A stretch of 64,000 nt of DNA from an uncultured delta proteobacterium (GTDB lineage Bacteria; Myxococcota_A; Polyangia; Palsa-1104), in NCBI GenBank assembly GCA_963785725.1, contig CAWAWS010000039.1:672001-736000 (forward strand), written 5' to 3'. Below are positions 1 through 10,765 of this stretch, piece by piece. The notes under the pieces are model-generated. The model ran no database searches. It was not told the origin of the DNA and saw nothing but the letters and a program-made list of their open reading frames with translations. The first letter of the stretch is position 1. Each line of letters starts with the position of its first letter. The translations under genes and the position numbers were made by a program.

Positions 1-120
1 TGCCCATTTCCAGCCTAGCGCTTCGCCGGGAATCTTGGCGTCGGGATCGCCGTAGCTCATGCAGCCGAGGCAGATCCGCGAGACATTGAGACCAGTGTTG
101 CCGAGTCGCTGATACTCCAT
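1..120 (-). CDS. Aldo/keto reductase, N-terminal fragment (continues beyond the window start)
   Basis: Manual translation from ATG at 120: MEYQRLGNTGLNVSRICLGCMSYGDP, a typical AKR N-terminus. AAAGGAG RBS upstream. Confidence 0.85.
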   Translation of the reverse strand, partial: MEYQRLGNTGLNVSRICLGCMSYGDPDAKIPGEALGWKWA

Positions 121-258
121 AGGGAGCTCCTTTCGGCGCGTGCGTGCGGCGCATAGCCTACCGCATTCGCGCGCCGCGGCCACTCACCGTCGGGCGACTG
201 CCGTCAGCGCTGCCACGACCGAGTGGCGGCTTCGCGGCTGCGTGGTCGCGGTGCCGTC

Positions 259-636
259 TCAGCGCTTGTGCACGACCTCGATACTATAGCCGTCGGGATC
301 GAGCACGTCGGCGGCGTAATAACCGGGATAGTATTCGTGACGAATGCGCGGCGAAATATTGTCTCTCGCGCCTGCCGCCAAGGCGACCTGATAGAACCGA
401 TCGACTTCTCCCACGCTGCGGGCAACGAAGGCGAAGTGCACGGCTTCCGGGTGTGGCTTACCGCGCTTGAGCCAAAAGAAGCCGCGCTTGCCATCGCCGA
501 AACCCTTTAAATCGGGATGATCGCCCTTCCCTTCGAAGTCGAGAAAGTGGCTTATTCCTAGCGGAGCGAGCGCCTTTTCATAGAAGGAAGCCGAGCGCTT
601 CATATCGCCGACGGTGAGGATGATGTGATCCAACAT
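259..636 (-). CDS. VOC/glyoxalase family protein
   Basis: MLDHIILTV...VHFAF...YYAADVLDPDGYSIEVV motifs. Start moved to ATG 636, which follows an AAAGGAG RBS. Confidence 0.9.
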   Translation of the reverse strand: MLDHIILTVGDMKRSASFYEKALAPLGISHFLDFEGKGDHPDLKGFGDGKRGFFWLKRGKPHPEAVHFAFVARSVGEVDRFYQVALAAGARDNISPRIRHEYYPGYYAADVLDPDGYSIEVVHKR

Positions 637-686
637 TGGAGCTCCTTTCGAGTCGTCGCCAGAATGCGATCGAGTAGGCGAGTCGG

Positions 687-1559
687 TCATGTCGATTGCG
701 TGGTGAGCAGCGGTCGCAGCAGTGTTTCGATCGACGCGCGGGCCTCGACGCGGCGGTGCGTGCCTTCGAATGCCAGCGCGCCACCGCAGATGCCGGCGAT
801 CATCTCCACATAAAGATGAGCGAGATCGGCCGTGAATCCGAGGCCCGCGAGCATCGGGGGCACGGCGTCGAGGGCGATTTCGTCGACGCGGATCGGCTTA
901 TCGAGGATCCGTCCGAGAACGGACGCAATCTGCGCGTGTGACAGCGGCGAGCCGAGCTCGACGACGTCGTTGCCCGCCGCGTGGTCGAGGAGCAGCTCGG
1001 CGGCCAGCTGTCCGGCATCTCGCGTACCGACCATCGGAATGCTCAGGTGGCCGGGAAAGAACGAAGGCAAAACGCCGGTCTCCTTGGCGACACCCACTAA
1101 CAGGATGACATTTTCATAGAAGTATCCGGCGCGAATGGCCGATAGACGCAGCCCGGGAATGGCACCGAGGAGCCGTTCGGCATAATGAAGACCCGCAAGC
1201 GGTCCGCTATCTCGGTCGCGATGGGCGGCGAAGCCGGAGAGAAAGACGGCGCGTGGGATGTGGCTCTCGGCAATGGCTTGGGCGAACGTGCGCGCAACGC
1301 TCTCTTGGTAATGACGCTGGCTCGGCGCCGCGAAGTTCGGCGGGATCAGCAGATACGCGCCGGCCGCGCCGGCGAGCGCGCGCGTGAGCTCGGTCGCGCG
1401 GTCGAGGTCGGCGAGCGCGACTTCAGCGCCGCGCGTCTTCCAGCTCGCGGCTTCGGATGAGTCGCGTAGAATGACGCGTACCTTCGCGCCTCGCGCGCGG
1501 AGCGTCTCGGCGGCGACTCGACCGGTGTTTCCGTTAGCACCGGCAATAGCAAATGTCAT
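687..1559 (-). CDS. NmrA-like NAD(P)H-binding protein
   Basis: Rossmann motif IAGANGNTG after ATG 1559. GAGG RBS. Confidence 0.88.
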   Translation of the reverse strand: MTFAIAGANGNTGRVAAETLRARGAKVRVILRDSSEAASWKTRGAEVALADLDRATELTRALAGAAGAYLLIPPNFAAPSQRHYQESVARTFAQAIAESHIPRAVFLSGFAAHRDRDSGPLAGLHYAERLLGAIPGLRLSAIRAGYFYENVILLVGVAKETGVLPSFFPGHLSIPMVGTRDAGQLAAELLLDHAAGNDVVELGSPLSHAQIASVLGRILDKPIRVDEIALDAVPPMLAGLGFTADLAHLYVEMIAGICGGALAFEGTHRRVEARASIETLLRPLLTTQST

Positions 1560-1790
1560 AAGGACCTCTTCGTAGTTAGATCGGTAATCGAGATCAGCTC
1601 GGTCGCCCGTGCAGCCGCGGGATCTGCTCAGTTGTGGCTGGGTCGCGAATCGCAACGGCATTCCTCGGCCCCGCGCCGAGCCGTCCGGCCTCCTCGTGAA
1701 ACCTGGTCGAGGATTCGTTCAGCTCGCCTCGTCGGAAGGAGCGTGCCGGCGCGGGTCCGGTTTGACCAATGCAATGACCGCGCATGTACT

Positions 1791-2759
1791 ATGCATCGCA
1801 TGCATATCTCGGGCATCGATCTGAACCTGGCGGTGGTGCTGCGCGCGCTGCTCGACGAGCGGAATGTGTCGCGAGCGGCGCGCAAGCTCGGGCTCAGCCA
1901 GTCGGCCACGAGTCACGCGCTCGGTCGGCTGCGCGATTTGGTGCAGGATCCTCTCTTCGTGCGCACTCGCGCCGGCCTGGTCCCGACGGTGCGCGCCGAG
2001 GCGATGGCGAGCGCCGTCCGGTCGGCCGTGAGCGCGCTCGAGACCTCGCTCTTTGCGCCACCGCCGTTCGAGCCGCTGACGCTCGCGCGCACCTTTCGAG
2101 TGCGGCCCAGCGACTATGTGGAATTTCTCATCGTGCCTCGCTTACTCGAACGCTTGGCGAAGGTCGCGCCGCATGTGGACTTGTGGGCGCGACCCGCGGT
2201 CATCGAGCCCACCGTGGCGCTGGAAACGGGGCAGCTCGATTTACTCGTTCAACCGACGCGCACCGCCGAGCCGACCAGTGGGCTCCACGTCGAAAGGCTG
2301 TGGGCGGATCATTTCGTGGGCGTGATGCGGCGCGGGCATCCACTCGCGAAAGGCCGGCTCACGCTCGAGCGCTTCGCGGCGGCGAGCCATGCCTTGGTGG
2401 CGCCTACGGGGCAGCCCGGCGGCATCGTCGAGGATGCGCTGGCAAAGCACGGGCTGTCGCGCCGCATTGCCTTTACGACACCGAGCTTCCTGGTCGCGCC
2501 ACAAGTCGTCGCGGCGACCGATCTCTTACTCATCATGCCGGAGCGCGTCGCCGCGGCGATCGCACGAACGTCGCAGTTGGTGCTGTTCAAGCCGCCGCTC
2601 GCGCTCCCCGGCTTCGACGTCGCGATGTTTTGGCACGGTCGACACGACTCGGATGCGGCGCATCGATTTATTCGCGGCGAGATTGCGCGCGTCGCGGCGG
2701 CGCTGCCCAGACCGTCGCCGTCCCGGTCGCAGCGGACGCGGAAAGCAAAGTCCAACTAA
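1791..2759 (+). CDS. LysR family transcriptional regulator (NodD/MexT-like), divergent from the NmrA-VOC-AKR genes
   Basis: IDLNLAVVLRALLDERNVSRAARKLGLSQSATSHALGRLR HTH. DPLFVRT motif. Confidence 0.93.
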   Translation: MHRMHISGIDLNLAVVLRALLDERNVSRAARKLGLSQSATSHALGRLRDLVQDPLFVRTRAGLVPTVRAEAMASAVRSAVSALETSLFAPPPFEPLTLARTFRVRPSDYVEFLIVPRLLERLAKVAPHVDLWARPAVIEPTVALETGQLDLLVQPTRTAEPTSGLHVERLWADHFVGVMRRGHPLAKGRLTLERFAAASHALVAPTGQPGGIVEDALAKHGLSRRIAFTTPSFLVAPQVVAATDLLLIMPERVAAAIARTSQLVLFKPPLALPGFDVAMFWHGRHDSDAAHRFIRGEIARVAAALPRPSPSRSQRTRKAKSN

Positions 2760-2823
2760 GGATTCGCTCGATGGACCGCTCTGCCGGCATGCGCCGACGA
2801 TGAGATGGTATCAAATGATACGA

Positions 2824-4239
2824 TTAGTCGTTCGGCGGCGAATTGGCGCAGGTGACCGGCGCGCCCGTGTCATCGACGAGCGCTTCGCGCCCCGGCCCGC
2901 ACGCCGGCGGCATCGCGGCCCCCAGCGCCAGCGACGCGATCCAGCCGTTGACGTAGTCGGCCCGCGCGCCGACGGCGCCGTCGTGCGTCGCGCCCGCGAC
3001 GATGCACACCGTGTCGTTCGCGCCGTCGCTGGCGAGCCGATCGAAGCCGCAGGTCTCGAAGTCACTGGGAATCCACTCGTCCATATCGCCATAAACGACG
3101 AGCACCGGAACTTTCGTCGCGGCCGCCGTCAAATGCGGCCGATCGGCGGCATAGCGCGCCATCCATGTCGTGCACACCGCGGACGCGCAATCGACATCGA
3201 GCGCCGCCGGATCGGCGACGGCGGAGATGAACGCCGGATCATACAAGTCGTTCGCCGACGTCCCGAGCGCCGCCAACTGCGATTCATTGGGATCACACGT
3301 GCCATCGAAGAACGTGCGAATGGCGTCGCGCTTGGCGGCCGCGAATAAATCCACGCCATGGCCGGGACCATCGAGCAACTCCGCGTGCGAATAATGGTAC
3401 CAAACGCTCGCCGCCACGGTATCGGCCTGCGTCGATAACGGATACAGCTCGGGGACGGCGAGAATGGCGCCGAAGCTGCGCATGCTGAACCACGACGGCG
3501 CATAGGCGACGACGCCCACCACCGTTCCGCCGCTGTCGTGCGTCGACTCCAGCGCCAGCGCGCTCAATACCGCGTGGCCGCCTTGCGAGTGGCCGACCAA
3601 GATGACGTCATCGGAGAAGAGCGCCGGCTGCAGGTTTCGGAGGGCGCGCGCGGCGTCGAGCGTGCTGAACGCTTCATCGGCGGCGGCGTGATATCCCGAC
3701 GGCGGATCATGCGCGGCGCCGAAGCCCGCGAAGCCGGCGTAATCGGGCAATATCACCGCATATCCGGCGCCGACGAGCGGATAACCCAATTCGGCCAAAT
3801 AGGTATCGTCGGCCGTCGGCATCTCCTGCGACGGCGGACAGGCGGCGGCTTCACCGACGGTGCCGTGCGCGACGACGACGACCGGCAAGGTCGCGGCGCG
3901 CGGCGTATCGGGAATGAGCGCGACGGCGCTGGAGAACCCGGCGCGCGCCGGTGTCGTGCCGCGCTCGGTGCGAAACGACAGGCGAATGAGCGCGAAGCCG
4001 CTACTTAATGTCGATCCGACGTAACCAGCGCTGCGCGCGAGTCGGTCGACGTCGGCGGCCGCGAGCGTGCCGTCGTGCGCGCAGCGGACCAGATCGCCGT
4101 CATGCGCGGGCAGTGCGCCGGGATCGGCATACGTGCTCGCCGCCGAATCCGTGCAGAGGTTCGACGCCGGCGCCACGCTCGAGTGACAGCCGGCGGCGAG
4201 ACACAGCGCGAGCGCGCCCAACCCATGGCTGCGATGCAT
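2824..4239 (-). CDS. Lipoprotein alpha/beta hydrolase (secretory lipase-like)
   Basis: Lipobox-like LAAGC, VVAHGTVG oxyanion motif, PDYAG, nucleophile elbow GHSQGG, and C-terminal Asp/His candidates. Confidence 0.85.
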   Translation of the reverse strand: MHRSHGLGALALCLAAGCHSSVAPASNLCTDSAASTYADPGALPAHDGDLVRCAHDGTLAAADVDRLARSAGYVGSTLSSGFALIRLSFRTERGTTPARAGFSSAVALIPDTPRAATLPVVVVAHGTVGEAAACPPSQEMPTADDTYLAELGYPLVGAGYAVILPDYAGFAGFGAAHDPPSGYHAAADEAFSTLDAARALRNLQPALFSDDVILVGHSQGGHAVLSALALESTHDSGGTVVGVVAYAPSWFSMRSFGAILAVPELYPLSTQADTVAASVWYHYSHAELLDGPGHGVDLFAAAKRDAIRTFFDGTCDPNESQLAALGTSANDLYDPAFISAVADPAALDVDCASAVCTTWMARYAADRPHLTAAATKVPVLVVYGDMDEWIPSDFETCGFDRLASDGANDTVCIVAGATHDGAVGARADYVNGWIASLALGAAMPPACGPGREALVDDTGAPVTCANSPPND

Positions 4240-4441
4240 GGGCGCAGCTTACGCAACCTCGCGCCGTTCGTGCATATCCCGTGCGAAATTTCGCAAGCGA
4301 TGACGATGAAGCCGCTAGCGTGACTGTCGTAAACGACGTGGGTCGCCCGCGCGTCGAGAAGCGCCGCCGATAGGTTCCCGAAATGATCGTCACGAGGTGG
4401 CAGCGCGGAGATTCGTGGCGGATCGTTGCATCGGCGGGCGC

Positions 4442-5176
4442 TTACGGCGGCGGCATCCACGGCGGCAGCGGCTCATCGGGCACGAAGACGCGCGGCAGAT
4501 CGTCGGGCAGCGTCGAGAACGCCGGATCGGCGAGCGCGGCGGCGAGCGCCGCGTCGGCCTGCGCGACAGGATCGGCCGCCCATTCCGCGACCGGCAAGCG
4601 CACCGTGCGCGCCGTCATCGCCGGGACGCCGAGCACGAAGCCCTCGTAAACCGCGTGGCCGAAGACGAGGTGCAGCGCTTGGCCCGGCGCCGGCGTCGTC
4701 AGCGCCAGGACGCCGCCTTCGTCGATCATCGCCAGCCCATCCTGCTCGCGCGTGCGATGCGGCGGCAGCGTGCGCGGCGCGCCGGCGTCGAGCCGCGCCG
4801 TCAACATCGCCGCTTGCCGCCGGTGCAGCGCCACTTTCGCGCGCGGAAAGGTGCCCCACACGAGCGCGTTGAAGAAGTCGTGCCAATGCCGCTCGCGCGA
4901 CGGCACCAGGCCGCGCTCGATGATGCTGACGTCGTAGATCGTCGACTGCGTGCGGCGCCGGCGCTCGCCACCCCGCGGCCGCGGCTTGGCGCTCACGAAC
5001 TCGACGGGCGGCGCCGCGCCCGCCGCGAACACGGCGTTCCACGCGCTCACCGCCGGCCATTCGCCAGCGTCGACGAAGGGGCGCGCCGCGCGAACGAGCG
5101 GCCACATCAGCGGATGACGCGTCGAGAGCTGCGAGTCGAACGGTTCCGCGCGCCGCACGGCGCGAATCGAGGCCAC
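4442..5176 (-). CDS. DUF3025-like protein
   Basis: VPSRERHWHDFFNALVWGTFPRAKVALH, IDEGG and VFGHAVYE motifs typical of DUF3025. Confidence 0.75.
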   Translation of the reverse strand: MASIRAVRRAEPFDSQLSTRHPLMWPLVRAARPFVDAGEWPAVSAWNAVFAAGAAPPVEFVSAKPRPRGGERRRRTQSTIYDVSIIERGLVPSRERHWHDFFNALVWGTFPRAKVALHRRQAAMLTARLDAGAPRTLPPHRTREQDGLAMIDEGGVLALTTPAPGQALHLVFGHAVYEGFVLGVPAMTARTVRLPVAEWAADPVAQADAALAAALADPAFSTLPDDLPRVFVPDEPLPPWMPPP

Positions 5177-5504
5177 GACGACAATATATTGGCGGGCGCT
5201 ACCGGAGTCTAACGGCGTGTCGCATTCACACGCGCGGCCGCCGAAACAGCGCCGGTGTGGCGGCCGATTGGGACCGGCGCGTCATCCATCCGCACGGCAA
5301 CGGCCGCAGCATCCAGAAGCGATGGGCAAAACGTCGGCATCGTCGAGAAATACCCACCGACTCGACTCCGGGCGGCGTCGCTGTCGTCGTCGTGACGAGC
5401 GCATCAGCGTCTCCCGCTTACTTCGCGCACACGACCCTCCGTCGCACACGCGTAATACGTACGATCGTCATCATTTGGCGTGATACGATTTGTGGGGAGG
5501 CTCC

Positions 5505-8500
5505 ATGCAGCATGACTCACCGCCGCCACCACCGCAGCCCAAAGACGACGGCGGCGGCGCGATCGATCCGGCGGATCTGCCGCCGCTGACGGCGGACACG
5601 ATCGACGTCGGCGGAGCGCGCGCGAGCGGCGCGCGCCCGACGCCGCCGGCCGAGCCGCTGCTCGACGCCGGCACGCAGATCGGCGAGCGCTACACCGTCC
5701 TGTCCGTGCTCGGCAAAGGCGGCATGGGCGTCGTCTACGCCGTCTACGACGCCAAGCTCGATCGCCGCGTCGCCTTGAAGCTCCTGCGCACCGGCCGCCA
5801 CGCCACCGACGGCGGCGACGCCGAGGCCCGCCGCGGCCGCCTCTTGCGCGAGGCGCAGGCGATGGCGCGCCTCAACCACCCCAACGTCGTCAGCGTCTAC
5901 GACGTGGGCGCGCACGCCGACAGCGTCTTCGTGGCCATGGAGCTCGTCGAAGGCGAGACGTTGCGCGCCTGGCTCAAGGCCGAAAAGCGCGGCTGGCCCG
6001 AGATTCTCGCCTGCTTCGTCGCCGCCGGTCGCGGGCTCGCCGCCGCGCACGCCGCCGGCATGATCCACCGCGACTTCAAGGCCGACAACGTGCTCGTCGG
6101 TCGCGACGGCCGCGTGCGCGTCACCGACTTCGGCGTCGTGCGGCTCGACTGCGACGTGGCCCCCGAAAACAGCCCGACCGCCGCGACGCCGGCGGGCCGG
6201 CCGCTCGACGCCGGCGCCTCGTCGTCGGACGCCTGGAAGATCGCGCTCACCGAAGCGGGCACCGCGCCCGGCACGCCGCGCTACATGGCGCCGGAGATCT
6301 TCGACGGCAAAGTGGCCGACGCGCGCAGCGATCTGTTCGCCTTTTGCGTCGTGCTCTACGAAGCGCTGTGCGACGTGCATCCGTTCGAAGGGCAGACGAC
6401 GTTCGGCACCGTCGAAGGCACGCGCCAGCTGCATCCGCCGCGGCCGGGCGGCCACGTGCAAGCGCCGGCCTGGCTCGTGCGCGCCATCGAGCGTGGCTTG
6501 CGGCAGGCGCCCGACGCGCGGCCGCAGTCGATGGAGGCGCTGCTCGCCGAGCTGACGCCGCGCACCGGCCGCGAACGCACGCGTTGGCTCGCCGCCGCCG
6601 CCGCCGTCGTCGTGCTCGGCGGCATCGCCGCCAGCGCCGTCGTCGTCACGCGCAGCCGCGCCAACGAGCGCGCGCAGTTGTGCCAAGGCGGCCCGGCGCG
6701 CGTCGCCGGCGTGTGGGGCGAGGCCGCCAAGCAGCGGCTGCGCGGCGTCTTCATGGCCACCCACAAGCCCTTCGCCGCCGATGTCTGGAAGACCGTCGAG
6801 TCGACGCTCGATCGTTACGGCGATCGCTGGGCCGCCATGCACAAGGACAGCTGCGAGGCCACGCGTCTGCGCGGCGAGCAGACCGACGCCGTCATGACGC
6901 TGCGCATGGCCTGTCTCGATCGCCGGCTCACCAGCTTCGGCGCGCTCGTCGACGTGCTCGACAGCGCCGACGCCGCCATGCTCGAGAAAGCGGCGCCGGC
7001 GGCGGCGGGGCTGAGCTCGCTCGACGCCTGCGCCGACGTGCCCGCGCTCATGTCGGAGGTGCCGGCGCCGCGCGATCCGGCGGTGCGCGCGCAGATCACG
7101 ACGCTGCACGGTCAACTGTCGCGCGCGGCCGCCTATCGACTGGCCGGCCGGCAAGCCGACGGCTACAAGATCGCCGACGCCGCCGTCATCAAAGCGCGCG
7201 CGACCGGCGACAACACGATCTTGGCCGAGTCGCTCGCCGAAGCCGGACAGTCGCAGCTCGGCCTCGATCCGACCAAGGCCATCACGCTCCTGCAAGAGGC
7301 GTTCGGCGCCGCGTTCGCGTCGCACCTCGATGCCATCGCGACGGCGGCGGCGGTGCGTTTGATGACGGCCGACACGCTGACGGCGCGCAAAGACGACGCG
7401 GCCTTGTGGGAACGCTACGCGCAAGCGGGTTTACAGCGTATCGGCGGCGACGACGAGCTGGAGTCGGAGCTGTGGCTGGCGCGCGGTCACGGCTTCGAGG
7501 AGGCTGGTCGCTACGATCAGGTGCTCGACGCGTATGCGCACGCCGAGCGGCTCATCGAGCATAAATATGGCCCCGACGATCTGCGGACCTTGCGCGCGCA
7601 GAACAACGTCATCTTGGCGCTGACGAACAGCCATCGCGTGCTCGAGGCGCGGCCGCTGCGCACGGCGCTGTTGCAGCGGCAGGAGGCGGCGCTGGGCGGG
7701 CATCACCCCGTCGTCGGGCGCACGCTGGGCGAGATCGCCGTCAGCGACGTGCAGCTCGGTCAGCTCGACGAAGCGCACGCCTACTTGGGTCGCGCGATGC
7801 AGATCTTCAAAGAGACGGGCGCCGCCGGCAATACGCGCACGTGGATGGTCGCGCGCTACATGGCGCTGGCACTGGCGGTGACCGAAGGGCGCATGGCCGA
7901 CGCCGTGACCGAGGCGCAGGCGGTGCTCGGCATGCTCGACGGCTGGTCGATGGCCGACAGCGAAGTGGCCTACGAGACGCGCGCCTTCTTGGGTCGCGCG
8001 CAGCTCGGCCTCGGGCAGACGGCGGAGGCGACGCTGATGCTGCGCAATACGCTGGCGCAGCTCGAGAAGAGCCACGGCAAGGACAACGTGATCGCCGGGC
8101 CGATCACGAGCACGCTCGCCGACGCCTGTCTGCGCGCCGGTCGCGGCGACGAGGCGATCGCGCTGTTGCGCCGCGAGGTCGCCATCATGCTGAGCCAGTC
8201 GGGCGAAGGCAGCTTCGACGTGGCCCAAGCGCGCATCGACCTGGCGCGCGCACTGGTCGCGCACGGCGAAGCCGCCGCCGGCCTGGAATTGGCGACGGCG
8301 AACGAGGCGCCGCTGCTGCGCGGCGTCGGCGAGGGCGGCCCCGACGCCATCATGGCGCGGCTGGCCCGCGGCGAGGCGCTGGTCGCGCTCGGCCGGCACG
8401 CCGAGGCCGCGGCGCTGCTCGATCCGGCCGCGGCGACGGCCGCGCGCGAAGGGCTCGACCCGGCGCTGCGCAAGCTCCTCGACGGCGCCGCCGCCAAAGC

Positions 8501-8531
8501 GCACGCCCACGCCGCCGTGACGGCCCGCTGA
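5505..8531 (+). CDS. Membrane Ser/Thr protein kinase with C-terminal TPR-like domain
   Basis: GKGGMG, VALK, HRDFKADN, DFG and APE motifs, a TM segment, then helical repeats. GGGGAGG RBS before ATG 5505. Confidence 0.93.
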   Translation: MQHDSPPPPPQPKDDGGGAIDPADLPPLTADTIDVGGARASGARPTPPAEPLLDAGTQIGERYTVLSVLGKGGMGVVYAVYDAKLDRRVALKLLRTGRHATDGGDAEARRGRLLREAQAMARLNHPNVVSVYDVGAHADSVFVAMELVEGETLRAWLKAEKRGWPEILACFVAAGRGLAAAHAAGMIHRDFKADNVLVGRDGRVRVTDFGVVRLDCDVAPENSPTAATPAGRPLDAGASSSDAWKIALTEAGTAPGTPRYMAPEIFDGKVADARSDLFAFCVVLYEALCDVHPFEGQTTFGTVEGTRQLHPPRPGGHVQAPAWLVRAIERGLRQAPDARPQSMEALLAELTPRTGRERTRWLAAAAAVVVLGGIAASAVVVTRSRANERAQLCQGGPARVAGVWGEAAKQRLRGVFMATHKPFAADVWKTVESTLDRYGDRWAAMHKDSCEATRLRGEQTDAVMTLRMACLDRRLTSFGALVDVLDSADAAMLEKAAPAAAGLSSLDACADVPALMSEVPAPRDPAVRAQITTLHGQLSRAAAYRLAGRQADGYKIADAAVIKARATGDNTILAESLAEAGQSQLGLDPTKAITLLQEAFGAAFASHLDAIATAAAVRLMTADTLTARKDDAALWERYAQAGLQRIGGDDELESELWLARGHGFEEAGRYDQVLDAYAHAERLIEHKYGPDDLRTLRAQNNVILALTNSHRVLEARPLRTALLQRQEAALGGHHPVVGRTLGEIAVSDVQLGQLDEAHAYLGRAMQIFKETGAAGNTRTWMVARYMALALAVTEGRMADAVTEAQAVLGMLDGWSMADSEVAYETRAFLGRAQLGLGQTAEATLMLRNTLAQLEKSHGKDNVIAGPITSTLADACLRAGRGDEAIALLRREVAIMLSQSGEGSFDVAQARIDLARALVAHGEAAAGLELATANEAPLLRGVGEGGPDAIMARLARGEALVALGRHAEAAALLDPAAATAAREGLDPALRKLLDGAAAKAHAHAAVTAR

Positions 8532-8540
8532 TACTGACCG

Positions 8541-8843
8541 TTAAGCCGTAACCCGGTAAGCGCCGATTGCCGACAATTCCGTAATCACCGGCATTTCGAC
8601 GCAGCGCTGCTTCAATTCGCGCTGGAACGCCTTGAATGCCGGCAATTCGACGAGCGGATTGTCATCCGTCGAATCGACGCTGGCGATATGCACGAATGAG
8701 ACGCCGTCTTCCATTCGATAACTGGCATAACGCAGCCCCTCCGGCGCGCGCGTTTGCAGCTGCGCAAACACCGCTCGCACTAAGGATTCATTGTCATCGG
8801 CCGAATTCGGTTTCGTCTTGTAACGGACCATGATCGTTTTCAT
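8541..8843 (-). CDS. Small dimeric alpha-beta barrel (ABM-like) hypothetical protein
   Basis: MVRYKTKP...ENESLVRAVF...YASYR..DGVSFVH. TAATG coupling with the upstream gene. Confidence 0.7.
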   Translation of the reverse strand: MKTIMVRYKTKPNSADDNESLVRAVFAQLQTRAPEGLRYASYRMEDGVSFVHIASVDSTDDNPLVELPAFKAFQRELKQRCVEMPVITELSAIGAYRVTA

Positions 8844-9316
8844 TAGTTGGCCTCCGCGGCACGTTTCAAGTCGGCCGCATAACGCTCGAAAGAGGGCGCG
8901 AAGTCGGGCAGCGAGCCGGCGATCATCGGCAGCATCAAGCCGGAGAAGACCTCGACCATCGAGAACCGAATCGCGCCATTACCGAGCGGCGACAGCGTAA
9001 ACGTACGCACGCCTTTGAACATCGGCGGCGCGCCGTCTCGCCACACCATGCGCTTACCGGGATCGAGCTCGCTCACCTTCAACTTGAAGACGCGCTTGGG
9101 CGCAATGGGAACGCGCAATTGAATCTTTTGTCCGAGCGCGATCTGGCCGGCGATGCTGGTGACGGTCGAGTTCCAGCGCGGATATTCGGCGCCGTTCGTC
9201 AAGAGCGCCCAAATCTTCTCGGCTTTGGCGTCGATCCGAATCGAGACGCCGCACTGCATGCGAAACGTCTGTCGCTCTTTGATGGCGCGTCCATCGTTCG
9301 ATTCGAGGTCGTTCAT
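8843..9316 (-). CDS. SRPBCC family protein
   Basis: [15 protein letters not shown]...YPRWN...[16 protein letters not shown] 9316 overlaps the sigma factor stop (ATGA). Confidence 0.88.
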   Translation of the reverse strand: MNDLESNDGRAIKERQTFRMQCGVSIRIDAKAEKIWALLTNGAEYPRWNSTVTSIAGQIALGQKIQLRVPIAPKRVFKLKVSELDPGKRMVWRDGAPPMFKGVRTFTLSPLGNGAIRFSMVEVFSGLMLPMIAGSLPDFAPSFERYAADLKRAAEAN

Positions 9317-10224
9317 TGCGCTTCTCCTGATTGATAGGCCGCGAATGACAGCTCGGCGGCGACATAAGGAATGTAGCGATAGTCGCGAATGAGCGAGACG
9401 TGGTCGCCGTCGAAGTCGACGAGGATGACGTAGGCCGGCTGCGCGCCGTCGCCGCGAAAGACGCCGATGACGTCGCGGCCTTCGGCGCGGCCGAGCACGA
9501 AGCGCAGCCCCTCCTCTTGCGCGTAACGACCGAAGTAGAGGCCGACCGCCTTGCCTTGCCGCGCCGACTTCGAGACCAGATCGAGCCGGCACTCTTCGAG
9601 CAACATCGCCTGCACGCCCGGCCAATCACGCGCGTTGAAGAGGCTCACGTAGCGGGCCAAGAGCGCGCGCTCCTCTGGTGTCGTCTCGGCGCGGTCGCGC
9701 CAGGGCGTCAGCTCGGCCGGCGCGCGCGCCCGCAAGTTGGCGCGACCGCGCACCAGCGCCGCTTTGACGGCCGGAACCGTCGTGCCCGTCGCCGTGGCGA
9801 TGTCGTCGAGCGAGTGGCCGAGCACGTCCTTCAAGATGACGGCGCTGCGCTGACTGACCGGCAGCGCCACGAACGTCGACAGGGCCGCGCGCACGACCTC
9901 GGGATCGCGGGTCGCCTCGACGAGCGCGCTCTCCGGCAGCTCGGCCATCGGCTCGACGAAGCGGCGCTCGTAACGGCGCAGGAAGTCGATGGCCGTATTG
10001 TGCGCGATGCGAAACAGCCACGGCTTCAACGGCGGCAACTCCGGCTGCAGCGACACCGCGTAGAACGCCTTGGCCAGCGCCTCTTGCACGACATCCTCGC
10101 CGTCGATGGCCGAGCCCACGAGGCGGGCGCAATAACGATGCAGCTCGGGCCGCAGCTCGCCGACAAGTGTCAGGAATTGCTCGCGTGCGGCGGCAAGCTC
10201 GGGTGGAACGGGCGGGTTCGACAT
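9313..10224 (-). CDS. ECF sigma factor with C-terminal SnoaL-like extension (ECF41/ECF56-like)
   Basis: Region 2 [10 protein letters not shown]...[12 protein letters not shown]. Region 4 [16 protein letters not shown]...[11 protein letters not shown]-terminal [10 protein letters not shown]. Confidence 0.9.
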   Translation of the reverse strand: MSNPPVPPELAAAREQFLTLVGELRPELHRYCARLVGSAIDGEDVVQEALAKAFYAVSLQPELPPLKPWLFRIAHNTAIDFLRRYERRFVEPMAELPESALVEATRDPEVVRAALSTFVALPVSQRSAVILKDVLGHSLDDIATATGTTVPAVKAALVRGRANLRARAPAELTPWRDRAETTPEERALLARYVSLFNARDWPGVQAMLLEECRLDLVSKSARQGKAVGLYFGRYAQEEGLRFVLGRAEGRDVIGVFRGDGAQPAYVILVDFDGDHVSLIRDYRYIPYVAAELSFAAYQSGEAQ

Positions 10225-10350
10225 GGCGGCTCCATGACAAGGACGATCGAAGAGGCCCAAAGGATGCGCCCGAAATCGCCCGCGCTCGATAACCTGTTCG
10301 ATTTTTCGTCAGCGTGTATTCTGCGCTCGGACAGTCAGGAGTCGAGGCTC

Positions 10351-10740
10351 ATGGCCGGCGCGAGCATGCAGTCGATGTCGCCCTTCTTCATCGTCGGCGA
10401 TGTCGCCCGAACCATCGCCTTCTACGGCGAGAGGCTCGGCTTCGAGACGCGGTTCCAGGAGCCGGCGCACGCTCCTTTTTTCGCCATCTTGGGCCGCGAT
10501 CGGGCGCAGCTGTTCGTCAAGTCCGAGAACGGCGTGTCGCCGCTGCCGAACCACGCGCGTCATCCCTTCATGCGCTGGGACGCGTATGTGCATGCGCCCG
10601 ATCCCGACGCGTTGGCCGCTGAATTTGCCGGTCGTGGCGTGGCCTTCAGCGCGCCGCTCGCGGATACCCACGACGGGCTGCGCGGCTTCGAGCTCGTCGA
10701 TCCCGATGGCTACGTGCTGTTCTTCGGGCGACCGCGATAG
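10351..10740 (+). CDS. VOC/bleomycin resistance family protein
   Basis: SPFFIVGDVARTIAFY...GLRGFELVDPDGYVLFFG. Confidence 0.88.
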   Translation: MAGASMQSMSPFFIVGDVARTIAFYGERLGFETRFQEPAHAPFFAILGRDRAQLFVKSENGVSPLPNHARHPFMRWDAYVHAPDPDALAAEFAGRGVAFSAPLADTHDGLRGFELVDPDGYVLFFGRPR

Positions 10741-10765
10741 CCGGAGGCGCTGACGCGATCGGGTC

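Noticed and set aside
4251..4266. sigma54-like motif upstream of the lipase gene (CGGCGCGAGGTTGC)
   Set aside because: GG-to-GC spacing is 9 nt rather than the required 10.
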